From the IMG/VR virus record IMGVR_UViG_3300014204_000019: 64,000 nt of DNA; one strand, given 5' to 3'. Below, in pieces: positions 19,098 to 27,777 of the stretch. Made by a program: the position numbers and the translations under genes. The stretch is from an uncultured virus (IMG/VR IMGVR_UViG_3300014204_000019). Taxonomy: Duplodnaviria > Heunggongvirae > Uroviricota > Caudoviricetes. The stretch's first letter is position 1. Every line of letters starts with the position of its first letter. The notes beneath the pieces were generated by a model. It was not told the DNA's origin, did no database searches, and saw only the letters and a program-made list of their open reading frames with translations.

Positions 19098-21359
19098 ATG
19101 GCGCAGAATAATTATAATGGTGACGCACACGCAATTGCGGTATATAGCTTCGAGGATGGAGCTGTCGGTGCCGATGAAAAGCTTGCTCACAATTTAATAT
19201 CAGAGGGTGGAGAACTTGCTGATACAACAAATTTTGTAGAAAAAAGCGCTAGTTTACTTTCTGATGATGGGAGATATTTATATCGAAATAATGGGATAAG
19301 TTTCTTTTCGGGGAGCGAAAGTTTTTCTGTCGCATGCAGATTGCGTATAATCACAGCAGATTTTACTGATAGATGGATTTGTGGTGTAAGGGATGCAAGT
19401 TCTTATAATACAGCATGGACTTTAATGTTACAATTAGGTTCAGATTTAGTTGTGCATTTTTATGATTCCGCTGGGAATACTAATTGGTTTAAGATGGTTC
19501 CGGGGATATCCGGGGGTAAGTGGTATTGCTTTGCTTTTAGTTATAATCATGTTACAAAACAGGTTAAAGCAAGACTTTATGATACGGTGTTGCAAATAGA
19601 ATATATTGAAATTGGAACACCGTTTGTAAATCATTATTGGAATCCTGAAAGTACAGCACCATTTTTTGTTGGCGGACTTCCAGAAGAAACACCAACACAC
19701 TGTTTTAAAGGAAATATTGATGAGTTAGTGTTATGGGATAAAGTTATAGATATCAGCGTTTTTGCTGACGTTTGTGCATTCCTATATAATCCAATAACAC
19801 TGGATGATGATTTCGCATCAACATTGAGTGAAAAAGTTGATGTATCTCTTGGAATGACATTTCCTGTATTACCGTATCCGCCGGATTACCCATTAACACA
19901 TCAAATAGTAAGAGAACTTTTAAACAATGATTTTGGTGATGGATATTGTCAGACTTTATCTTATGAATCATCGTTTAGTCGAGCAAATGGAACTGGAACA
20001 GTTTCCTCACATTATGGGTTAAATAGATTTGTTTTACAGTTTAATAAAAGACTCGCTGGAGCAAACAAAGTTGCAAATAACTTATGGACGTTCTTTCGTA
20101 ATCGACTTTCTAGTGGAAATATGCCTTTTTATATATATAATCCACCAGAGTCGAATTTTGTTATTGATTTAACTGGAAATAGTACTGTTGGTAGATATCT
20201 TGTAAGATTACGTGATCCAAATCAAGTATTAAACAGAGAATATTTTGCTTATAATTTATTCAATTTCGGAGGGATAGAACTTATTGAAGACAGGAACGCA
20301 TTTTGGAATCGTTTCTCACTGATAAGTTTAAACATAAATGATAATCTTACGTATAACGATAACGTGACGGTTCCATTTTCTACGTATATCTATAATATAA
20401 CAGATGCATTGTATTGGGATTATCAAGATTCGGTTGATAAAGTATATAGAGCGTTGATTGAGAAAAGACCTTCTGATAATTATAGTAACACGTTAAGCGA
20501 AAGTGTAAATAAGATTTTTAGGGGAAAGATCCTTAAAAGTATTAATGATGCGCTTACTCTTTCGGATAACGTTAATATTATAAACCGTGGAAAAATCATT
20601 AAAAACATTAACGATGCGCTCACTCTTTCGGATAACGCTGATAAGCTTCTATCAGGTGTAGGTTTAGCGGATATTGCTGATCAGCTAAATGCAATTTATC
20701 AAGATGCTGTAAGTATACTAAAAGTAAACATTTTATTATATAATACATTAAATGACACTTTATCTACAGTTTATAATGATAGTTTATGGGATGGTAAATA
20801 TGATGATTCGTTTGCTGGGCCAAATGATTCTTCTCCAAACCCCATAAAATGGAACGTAGTAAATGGTTCACCAACCATACAAAGCAATAAATTAAGATTA
20901 TCTGTTGTCGGTGCTGGAACACAAGATTTTATCACAAGCAAAGCGGTTGTTACAGGTGATTTTGATGTACAAGTTGATTATACACTTGTAGTTGATGGTA
21001 ATGTTAACGCTTGGGGTGTAGATTTAACAGCTATAATTGATTCTACGCATGGTGTATTAATGCGTTATCAATCTATTGGAGATGGAACATACTACGCTAT
21101 GCGTGGTTATATAAACGGTGGAAGCTGGAATTATGATGGTACCAGTATTGGATATATCGCTTCTGGTAAATTAAGAATTGTTAGACTTGGTACGCAATTT
21201 TATGTTTATTGGTGGAATGGTTCATCTTGGACAGCGCAAGGCACATTCGTAAATATAAATGCTAACGATGTTACAGTAGGATTAGAAGCATCAAACTGGA
21301 ATGATAATCCAAATTTCACGTGGGATGCACAGAATTTTATATTTAATGTTGGGCCGTGA
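19098..21359 (+). CDS. minor tail/receptor-binding protein: LamG + distal-tail-like + DxLTLSD repeats + beta-sandwich
   Basis: AVYSFEDG, FSVACR, FKGNIDELVLW; middle region paralogous to the N-terminus of the previous gene. Confidence 0.7.
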   Translation: MAQNNYNGDAHAIAVYSFEDGAVGADEKLAHNLISEGGELADTTNFVEKSASLLSDDGRYLYRNNGISFFSGSESFSVACRLRIITADFTDRWICGVRDASSYNTAWTLMLQLGSDLVVHFYDSAGNTNWFKMVPGISGGKWYCFAFSYNHVTKQVKARLYDTVLQIEYIEIGTPFVNHYWNPESTAPFFVGGLPEETPTHCFKGNIDELVLWDKVIDISVFADVCAFLYNPITLDDDFASTLSEKVDVSLGMTFPVLPYPPDYPLTHQIVRELLNNDFGDGYCQTLSYESSFSRANGTGTVSSHYGLNRFVLQFNKRLAGANKVANNLWTFFRNRLSSGNMPFYIYNPPESNFVIDLTGNSTVGRYLVRLRDPNQVLNREYFAYNLFNFGGIELIEDRNAFWNRFSLISLNINDNLTYNDNVTVPFSTYIYNITDALYWDYQDSVDKVYRALIEKRPSDNYSNTLSESVNKIFRGKILKSINDALTLSDNVNIINRGKIIKNINDALTLSDNADKLLSGVGLADIADQLNAIYQDAVSILKVNILLYNTLNDTLSTVYNDSLWDGKYDDSFAGPNDSSPNPIKWNVVNGSPTIQSNKLRLSVVGAGTQDFITSKAVVTGDFDVQVDYTLVVDGNVNAWGVDLTAIIDSTHGVLMRYQSIGDGTYYAMRGYINGGSWNYDGTSIGYIASGKLRIVRLGTQFYVYWWNGSSWTAQGTFVNINANDVTVGLEASNWNDNPNFTWDAQNFIFNVGP

Positions 21360-21414
21360 TTTAATATAATTTAAGAAAAAGAAAAAGAAAAAGAAAAAGA
21401 AAAAGAAAAAAAAC

Positions 21415-23733
21415 ATGCCTCGTAATATAACAGCAGCTATAGAAAACTTATCTGCCGCCGATACTCTACGTGTTGTCGATTTGGTTAAAGTCGTTTTTCC
21501 AGATCCAATCGGAACGTTATATTGGAGTAAAGCATCGTATACTTACAATAACAATAGTTATGTTGCTAGAATTCTTGATGTAGGTTCATGGAAAAGATCG
21601 ATGTCCGCAGAGACGTCAGATCTTACTATAACGTTAAGTAATGCAGATGGTGAAATTACAAAAATATGGAATACTGTAGAAATGGAGTTCGCGCAGGTTT
21701 CGCTTATACGATATTATCCAACATTAGGTGAAGCCATAGATCCACTTTGGGTAGGATACGGCGGAACATGTAAATTAGATGAAGAAAATGTGGAGTGGAA
21801 TATACATTTCGGTTTTCGCGGGATGATGCAAAAAGCAGTGCGTAAGGTAAACGCAAGTTGCTGGAAACTTTTTAATGATAGTTTGTATTGTCCATATAAT
21901 CCTTCATATGATTCGCATAATAATCTAGGTGATGTGTTAACAGGATTATGTGATAAATTATCCACCGCCATTACAACAACCGCTGAAACGACAATATATG
22001 TAACGAGTACTATCAGATATAAAGCTAATGATATTATTAAGATAGACGATGAACTTTTAAAAATTTTATCGGCAGTTAATCTTACAACTTTGACGGTTAG
22101 TAGAGGATACAATTATACAATACCAACAACACATATTATAGATACGCTCGTTAAACATGCGTCTTGTTCTAAAACAAAACAAGCTTGTGATAGACGTGGT
22201 ATGCGTGGTCCAACGGATTTTAATCCTATTTCCTGGTATAATGGATATAGATATTTTGGTGGTTGGACCGATATACTTGCGCCTTATGAATTCTCGTATT
22301 TTAAAAATGGTTTTGGTGGTGTTTGGATGACGTCTTTACCAAAAGGTGGCACGCCATCAGGAAATTGGATATTTGGCTCCCAAGGTTTAACAATTCCTGT
22401 AGTATACGGGAATTATCGTTTATCAAACATTCCATCGTTTTGGTCTACGCAGATAGATCAATTTATTTATGCGTTATTTTTAGTGTGTGAAGGTACTGCA
22501 AGTGCTGTTGCAGTAAATACAATACGTGTTAATAATTGTGGTCCCGCGAATTGGGGGCCAAATGAGGATTCTGTAGGAATTTGGTGGGGTGATATTGGAC
22601 AAAGAAGAATGTTTATGCCTCATCATGGTATATATACAGATACATACGCACAACCATATCTTATAGCAAACACTAATCAAGATGGTCCTTCATTAAGTGA
22701 CGTTTTGGCTTTATATATTAGAATACAAGGGCAAGATAAACTTACAAATGCTACTACTGATTCTCAACCATCTTTAGACTTGTTTTTTACTGGTCGTATC
22801 ATATCAACAGTTCAAGGATTAATCGACAGCGATGCTACGAAAACAACAGGAACACCAAATCCTATAGAAGCCGCTATAGATTTTTGTACCAATAGAAAGT
22901 TCGGCCCACGTTCAAGCATAAATAAAATAAATTTAACAAAAGCTTTAACCGAATCAGCATATTGTGATGCAAATGTTATAAGTACAGATGAAAGTGTAAC
23001 CGCCGGAACGTTAGTTCCACGTTTTAAATTTAATGGAGCCATAACTGATGACAAGAATTCTGAAGCGGTTCTAGCAGCTATTTTAGATAATTGTAATGGA
23101 TATTATATACAAAATGATGGTAAAATAGAATTTAGGATAAGAAAAGCTGAAGATCTGACCGTAATCGATGAAATGAAATGGTTAATGGATTATGGGATAG
23201 ATAGGAATATTCTAAGAGATAAAAGTACAGGGAAATCCACTTTAACTATTGAAGTTAAAGATGGTCTTGGTGGGTACGTGAATAATGTAGTGGTATCTTT
23301 TGCGGATATCGCGGCGAACTATCAAAATAGTACTATTAGTATATACGATGATGAAAAACAAGCCATAGCTGCGGAAGTGTCAAATTCCGATTTCACAAGG
23401 GCGATTAATTCTAAAGATTTAACATTAATCGGTACAACATCTTTAGATCAAGCACAACGGCTTGGCGTGTTAAATTTAAGAGAAGAATATAGAAAAAGGA
23501 TAAACGTAACTTTTCAGATGTCTCTTAAAGATAGTATAAAATTTGCTCCAGGTGATATAAAAAGGATAGAAAGTTTAAGCAAAAATAGAGACGCGAATAA
23601 AAAATTAACAAAGCAATTTAAATATGTTAGAATTTATGAGATAGAAGAAACAGATAAATTCACGGCAACATTTCTAGCGCATCCACATTTTAATGAAGAT
23701 TATGATAATACACCAGTCATACCGGAGACATAA
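21415..23733 (+). CDS. tail tip/hub protein (gpL-like Cys cluster plus gpJ-like region)
   Basis: CW...CPY...CSKTKQAC; IPVVYG; PRFKFNG; GTTSLDQAQRLG. Confidence 0.72.
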   Translation: MPRNITAAIENLSAADTLRVVDLVKVVFPDPIGTLYWSKASYTYNNNSYVARILDVGSWKRSMSAETSDLTITLSNADGEITKIWNTVEMEFAQVSLIRYYPTLGEAIDPLWVGYGGTCKLDEENVEWNIHFGFRGMMQKAVRKVNASCWKLFNDSLYCPYNPSYDSHNNLGDVLTGLCDKLSTAITTTAETTIYVTSTIRYKANDIIKIDDELLKILSAVNLTTLTVSRGYNYTIPTTHIIDTLVKHASCSKTKQACDRRGMRGPTDFNPISWYNGYRYFGGWTDILAPYEFSYFKNGFGGVWMTSLPKGGTPSGNWIFGSQGLTIPVVYGNYRLSNIPSFWSTQIDQFIYALFLVCEGTASAVAVNTIRVNNCGPANWGPNEDSVGIWWGDIGQRRMFMPHHGIYTDTYAQPYLIANTNQDGPSLSDVLALYIRIQGQDKLTNATTDSQPSLDLFFTGRIISTVQGLIDSDATKTTGTPNPIEAAIDFCTNRKFGPRSSINKINLTKALTESAYCDANVISTDESVTAGTLVPRFKFNGAITDDKNSEAVLAAILDNCNGYYIQNDGKIEFRIRKAEDLTVIDEMKWLMDYGIDRNILRDKSTGKSTLTIEVKDGLGGYVNNVVVSFADIAANYQNSTISIYDDEKQAIAAEVSNSDFTRAINSKDLTLIGTTSLDQAQRLGVLNLREEYRKRINVTFQMSLKDSIKFAPGDIKRIESLSKNRDANKKLTKQFKYVRIYEIEETDKFTATFLAHPHFNEDYDNTPVIPET

Positions 23734-24278
23734 TGACTTTAATTTTAAAAATATATAAGCGTTTACAAATTTTATATCTGTTTTTCTTTTTAGTTTTATT
23801 TTTATCTTTCGCTTTACTTTTATTTCCGGCTGAACTGGCGACAACAGCTATTATAGAGCCTGTACAAACCGTCATTAAATCAACGTGGTTAGAACAGAAT
23901 ATATTACCATTAATCACTGCACTAGTAACCATAATAGCCGCCTTTTTCGGTATTAAAGTACTTATTAAACTTCAAGGAATTAAATTAACCACACTAGAAA
24001 AGGAGTTTGTTAAGGTCGGTGGTATTTTAGACGAGCATAAAAAAGAAACCGTTCCACACACCAGTTGCGCGATACACACCCTGGAGCTGCAGACCATGAA
24101 GAAAGATATTGATATAAAAGTAGACAAACTTGTTTGTGATATAATACAAACCGGAATAAAACAAAGATTTGATGCGATATGCATAGAGATTGCAGAAATT
24201 AAAGAATCGCTTTCTTTATTGACGGAAATTAAATCAACTTTAGGTAGAATAGAAAACAGAATGGAAAAGCATCTATGA
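23733..24278 (+). CDS. membrane protein, two TM segments plus coiled coil (lysis module)
   Basis: two hydrophobic stretches; overlaps the endolysin start. Confidence 0.55.
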   Translation: MTLILKIYKRLQILYLFFFLVLFLSFALLLFPAELATTAIIEPVQTVIKSTWLEQNILPLITALVTIIAAFFGIKVLIKLQGIKLTTLEKEFVKVGGILDEHKKETVPHTSCAIHTLELQTMKKDIDIKVDKLVCDIIQTGIKQRFDAICIEIAEIKESLSLLTEIKSTLGRIENRMEKHL

Positions 24279-24640
24279 CTATAAAATATAAAGGAACAGT
24301 AAATGTAGTGGGTGTTAGGGAGGAAATATTAAGTATTCTTCCTATTATAGAACGTTGTTTTCAAGATTCGGGTTGTAACGATTTTACTATAACTTGCACT
24401 GTTGGAGATCATGCTAAAGATGATCCACACTCGAACGGGTTTGCAATCGATATAAGATTACACGATTATGGGATCGACTTGCAGAATAATTTATTTAATC
24501 GTGTTAATACGACACTTTCAGGATTGTATTACGTGAAGCTAGAGGATGTTGGTAAAATGAATGCACATTTACATATTCAAGTATACAAAGGTATCTGGCA
24601 AAGTATTCTTGATCGCGAGAGATTAAAACGCAACACATAA
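24275..24640 (+). CDS. endolysin, peptidase M15-like (Zn)
   Basis: H-x6-D (HSNGFAID) and HLHIQ zinc-binding motifs. Confidence 0.72.
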   Translation: MTIKYKGTVNVVGVREEILSILPIIERCFQDSGCNDFTITCTVGDHAKDDPHSNGFAIDIRLHDYGIDLQNNLFNRVNTTLSGLYYVKLEDVGKMNAHLHIQVYKGIWQSILDRERLKRNT

Positions 24641-24659
24641 AATACGAGGAGAAATTGAT

Positions 24660-24857
24660 ATGACATTGATTGGTTTAATCATAACGTTGGTAATAGTAGG
24701 TATAATCCTTTGGCTTATTAATACATATATTCCAATGGATGCAACGATAAAAAAAATACTCAATGTTGTAGTTATTGTTGCTGTTATTTTGTGGTTACTT
24801 AATGGCTTTGGAGTATTTAGCTATATTAATGATGGGAATGTGTTTCGTGGTCGATAA
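24660..24857 (+). CDS. small two-TM protein (Thivi_2564-like; possible holin)
   Basis: LWLINTYIPMD..IKKILN.VV...V.LWLL; GAGGAG RBS. Confidence 0.7.
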   Translation: MTLIGLIITLVIVGIILWLINTYIPMDATIKKILNVVVIVAVILWLLNGFGVFSYINDGNVFRGR

Positions 24858-24900
24858 GAATCGATAAGAATCGATAAGAATCGATAAGAATCGATAAGGA
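24851..24900. repeat. tandem repeat (TCGATAAGAA)x5
   Basis: four exact units plus TCGATAAGGA, the last forming the RBS of the next gene. Confidence 0.95.
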
Positions 24901-24909
24901 TAAAATACC

Positions 24910-25164
24910 ATGAAAAGTGTTGAATTGTATTCTTTTTTTAAAAATTGGGATACCAAAACTTGTCTTTGGTCAGGTATGACTTTCTTTGCGTTATTGACGT
25001 TAAGTTTAGTCATGCTTAAAGCTGATAAGGAATACGTTATGACCTCATTCGGCTTGACAGGACAATTAGTTGCTAGTTTAATGACTTACGTGAATTCCAA
25101 TAAACCAACGCCTAATTCAATTGTAGAAGTAACACCGATAACACCAACAAACGAGAAAAAGTAA
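24910..25164 (+). CDS. holin-like membrane protein
   Basis: two hydrophobic segments in the lysis cluster. Confidence 0.45.
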   Translation: MKSVELYSFFKNWDTKTCLWSGMTFFALLTLSLVMLKADKEYVMTSFGLTGQLVASLMTYVNSNKPTPNSIVEVTPITPTNEKK

Positions 25165-25207
25165 ACAACTTAAAAAATAAAAAAAAACAAAAGGAGAATA
25201 AAATAAA

Positions 25208-25651
25208 ATGGTAACTAATAGAATCATTATGAGCACAATATTATCTACGATGCTTTTATTTAATATATCCTGCGGTTATAAGGATATAGTTAAAGCGGAT
25301 AACGATTTTGCGAAGAGTATGGCCACAGTACAAACCATCACTATGGCGGCGTACAATAGTCAACCACAACTTTTAAATCGAGAGTTAAAGAATAATATAA
25401 TCGGTGTATGTTTAAAGGTGGATATTGCAGGAAAGCAAATACATCAAGTTATCGTATCGACGAATAAGATGAGTGCGGAAGATCGTACAAAAGTACTTGC
25501 ACTTACGCAAACCATTATTAACACACTCGATCCGAAGGAGTTGGAGTTTATAAGTGGTATAAAGGATGAAAAAACAAAGTCGGAGATTGAATTAGGCTTT
25601 ACGTTGGCAAGAACAGCAATAACCACGATGAGGATTATCTTATCGAAGTAA
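25208..25651 (+). CDS. lipoprotein (possible spanin-like)
   Basis: hydrophobic leader ending in lipobox-like NISC. Confidence 0.55.
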   Translation: MVTNRIIMSTILSTMLLFNISCGYKDIVKADNDFAKSMATVQTITMAAYNSQPQLLNRELKNNIIGVCLKVDIAGKQIHQVIVSTNKMSAEDRTKVLALTQTIINTLDPKELEFISGIKDEKTKSEIELGFTLARTAITTMRIILSK

Positions 25652-25679
25652 ACGTAAAAATAAACATAAATATGAAAGA

Positions 25680-25895
25680 ATGGAGAATACTATGGTAATT
25701 GATAAAACAGCAAACACTTTAAATAACATTTCCGCGGCAGTGAATCTAATCATTGTTGCTGGTCCAAGTATTATAAATTTGATTTCTAGCATCGTAAATT
25801 CAGATCCAAATAAAACGATCGAAGAAGTGCTAGAGGAATCTGGAATACTGTGGGATGAGAATATCAAAAATGCGGTAGAAGCATTGAAGCAATGA
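25680..25895 (+). CDS. hypothetical protein
   Basis: ORF track; co-oriented. Confidence 0.5.
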   Translation: MENTMVIDKTANTLNNISAAVNLIIVAGPSIINLISSIVNSDPNKTIEEVLEESGILWDENIKNAVEALKQ

Positions 25896-25932
25896 GGTGG
25901 TGAAGTAATATAACATCATATTATATAATTGT

Positions 25933-26316
25933 ATGAAAAAGCAAACAATATTATATGTATCAAGAATACGGCAATATAAATTTATGGCGGGTTATACAAC
26001 CATGAATATTTTTGAAAAGCAGATACAAGAATGTACACCTTTAGCAGTGGAGTTTAAAAGTGCCTTACCAGAAAATGAGATATTAAATAGCGCCACGTCT
26101 ACAGTGACGGCGAAAGATGTTAATGGTGTGGATAAGAGTAGTACGTTGATTTTTGGTATCGAAGTGATTAATGAGACTATGCTGAAGTGTAAAATTCTTG
26201 CGGCGGGAACGGCAGATAATGATTATATGGTTACTTTTAAAGGTGTAACATTACCGAGTGCATATGTTATTGAGGAGAACGTTTTATTACGTATCAGGGA
26301 TGAGACTCTTGTGTAA
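25933..26316 (+). CDS. small beta-sandwich protein (virion/adaptor-like)
   Basis: FEKQ..E..PLAVEF...L...E, AGT...DY.VTF pattern; true start may be a downstream ATG. Confidence 0.5.
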   Translation: MKKQTILYVSRIRQYKFMAGYTTMNIFEKQIQECTPLAVEFKSALPENEILNSATSTVTAKDVNGVDKSSTLIFGIEVINETMLKCKILAAGTADNDYMVTFKGVTLPSAYVIEENVLLRIRDETLV

Positions 26317-26333
26317 CGTAACGTAAAAATTGT

Positions 26334-26437
26334 GATCCCGTAAATAGTTCCGCTGTCTGCCGCAGCGTCGATTTTTATTATTAATAGAAAGAATAAGTTA
26401 ATAATAGAAATTGAGGTTCTCCACTATTTACGGGATC
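26334..26437. other. structured element/terminator at the convergence of late and early arms
   Basis: 15-bp perfect inverted repeat GATCCCGTAAATAGT / ACTATTTACGGGATC enclosing two inner hairpins. Confidence 0.7.
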
Positions 26438-26462
26438 GCCCAAATCGTTTAAGCAGATTGTT

Positions 26463-26726
26463 TTACACCACGTTTATTCTTCTTCGAGCTTCCGATAAAA
26501 CCGCTTTATTTACTTCTTGTTTAATTAATTTAAATACAAACGTTGATAATGGTTTAAAATCAATTTTACCATCGATTTCTAGGCAATCTTCTGGATCAAA
26601 CAACTCTCTTGTTATATAGCCGTTCGGGTTTAATTGTTTTTCAACTTGTTCCATAAGTTGAATTGTTAACTCGTTTTTTGTTATTCTTTTCACGCTCAGC
26701 TTTTTGTTTGATTTTGATTTCGTCAT
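26463..26726 (-). CDS. hypothetical protein (paralog of 26760..26939)
   Basis: ORF track; shared ITK.EL..QL...NGY motif. Confidence 0.6.
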   Translation of the reverse strand: MTKSKSNKKLSVKRITKNELTIQLMEQVEKQLNPNGYITRELFDPEDCLEIDGKIDFKPLSTFVFKLIKQEVNKAVLSEARRRINVV

Positions 26727-26759
26727 TTTTTTACTTTTTTCCTTTCTCTTTTTTTTATT

Positions 26760-26939
26760 TTATACAGTTATTTTACTGATGAATTCAGCTAAATCTTTTA
26801 TGCTGAATGTACCAACCACTGATAAATAATCTTCTGCTGGTTTGTCGTAAACCATACCACTTGTGTCTAAGGTATAACCGTTTTGCTGTTTAAACCACGC
26901 AAAAAGTTGTTCTTCTAGTTCCCTTTTTGTTATTAACAT
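26760..26939 (-). CDS. hypothetical 59-aa protein (not in ORF track)
   Basis: hand-translated MLITKRELEEQLFAWFKQQNGYTLDTSGMVYDKPAEDYLSVVGTFSIKDLAEFISKITV. Confidence 0.6.
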   Translation of the reverse strand: MLITKRELEEQLFAWFKQQNGYTLDTSGMVYDKPAEDYLSVVGTFSIKDLAEFISKITV

Positions 26940-26940
26940 T

Positions 26941-27660
26941 TTATATCAAACCTTCCGTGTAAAAACTTTCCATTTTCATCCCACTTTCTTTAACTTTACT
27001 CATACTCATAGTTAATGGTTGTATTATAGTGTGAGGGCATTCCACATTTGCCGCGGCATAGCATGTAATACCAAGATCATGACATCTCTTAAAGAATGAT
27101 AAATCTTCGCTAAGTGGTAATTTACCACCTTCCTGCTTCGTTACATCAAATGGCCTTTCTCCGAGTTCATTAAGTATTCGATATATCGTCTCACGACTTA
27201 TCATAAGACATCCAGCACCAGCGGCACCGATTTCGAAAATTTCTGCTTTATTTGGATTATCAAATGATCCCATAAGGACGAAATCGGTGAAATCTTCATT
27301 CCACGTGTAAAGAAGAGGAGGATATGGATAAACTTTAATTTGATATATGCCACAAAGGACATTTAGTTTATATTTAGTATATAATCTATACATTCTTGCA
27401 AGTAAATCTGGATCTGGAATATGGTCTGCATCTAACATTAAGATCCAGTCGCCTAACATATGTTGACAAAGCTCATTACGAGCTTTTGCGTGATAACTTA
27501 CTTTACTACGATCATAATGAATATAAGTTCTACCTGGAATCGTAAGATATTCATTTGAATAAAGCGCCATTTGAAGAAATGCAAAAGAAAATTCTTCGAG
27601 TATCGCAGGAACTCCTCCAAGGTACACACAAGAACCTAAACACTTTTGTCTTATCAGCAT
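26941..27660 (-). CDS. GT-A (GT2-like) glycosyltransferase
   Basis: ARNEL, ILMLDADH DxD, GAGCLMISR, SEDLSFF; paralog of the N-terminal domain of 598..1773. Confidence 0.85.
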   Translation of the reverse strand: MLIRQKCLGSCVYLGGVPAILEEFSFAFLQMALYSNEYLTIPGRTYIHYDRSKVSYHAKARNELCQHMLGDWILMLDADHIPDPDLLARMYRLYTKYKLNVLCGIYQIKVYPYPPLLYTWNEDFTDFVLMGSFDNPNKAEIFEIGAAGAGCLMISRETIYRILNELGERPFDVTKQEGGKLPLSEDLSFFKRCHDLGITCYAAANVECPHTIIQPLTMSMSKVKESGMKMESFYTEGLI

Positions 27661-27661
27661 A

Positions 27662-27773
27662 TTAATTAATAACCTCCTCTTTTAAATTAGTCCAACGCAC
27701 ACCGTGTCGATATCCAATATTTAGTATAATCTTTAATTTGTAAATATAACTCGAAACCTTTTTCTTCTTGCAT
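27662..27773 (-). pseudogene. probable internally deleted NUMOD4-HNH remnant
   Basis: MQEEKGFELYLQIKDYTKYWIST (NUMOD4-like start) joined out of frame to HGVRWTNLKEEVIN* (HTH-tail-like end). Confidence 0.45.
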
Positions 27774-27777
27774 AATA

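Noticed and set aside
17922..21359. Diversity-generating retroelement (duplicated tail segments)
   Set aside because: No reverse transcriptase, and the copies are diverged paralogs without adenine-specific differences.
24851..24900. Possible CRISPR array
   Set aside because: The 10-nt units are contiguous with no spacers, and there is no cas operon; the Cas4-like gene sits in an ordinary recombination module.
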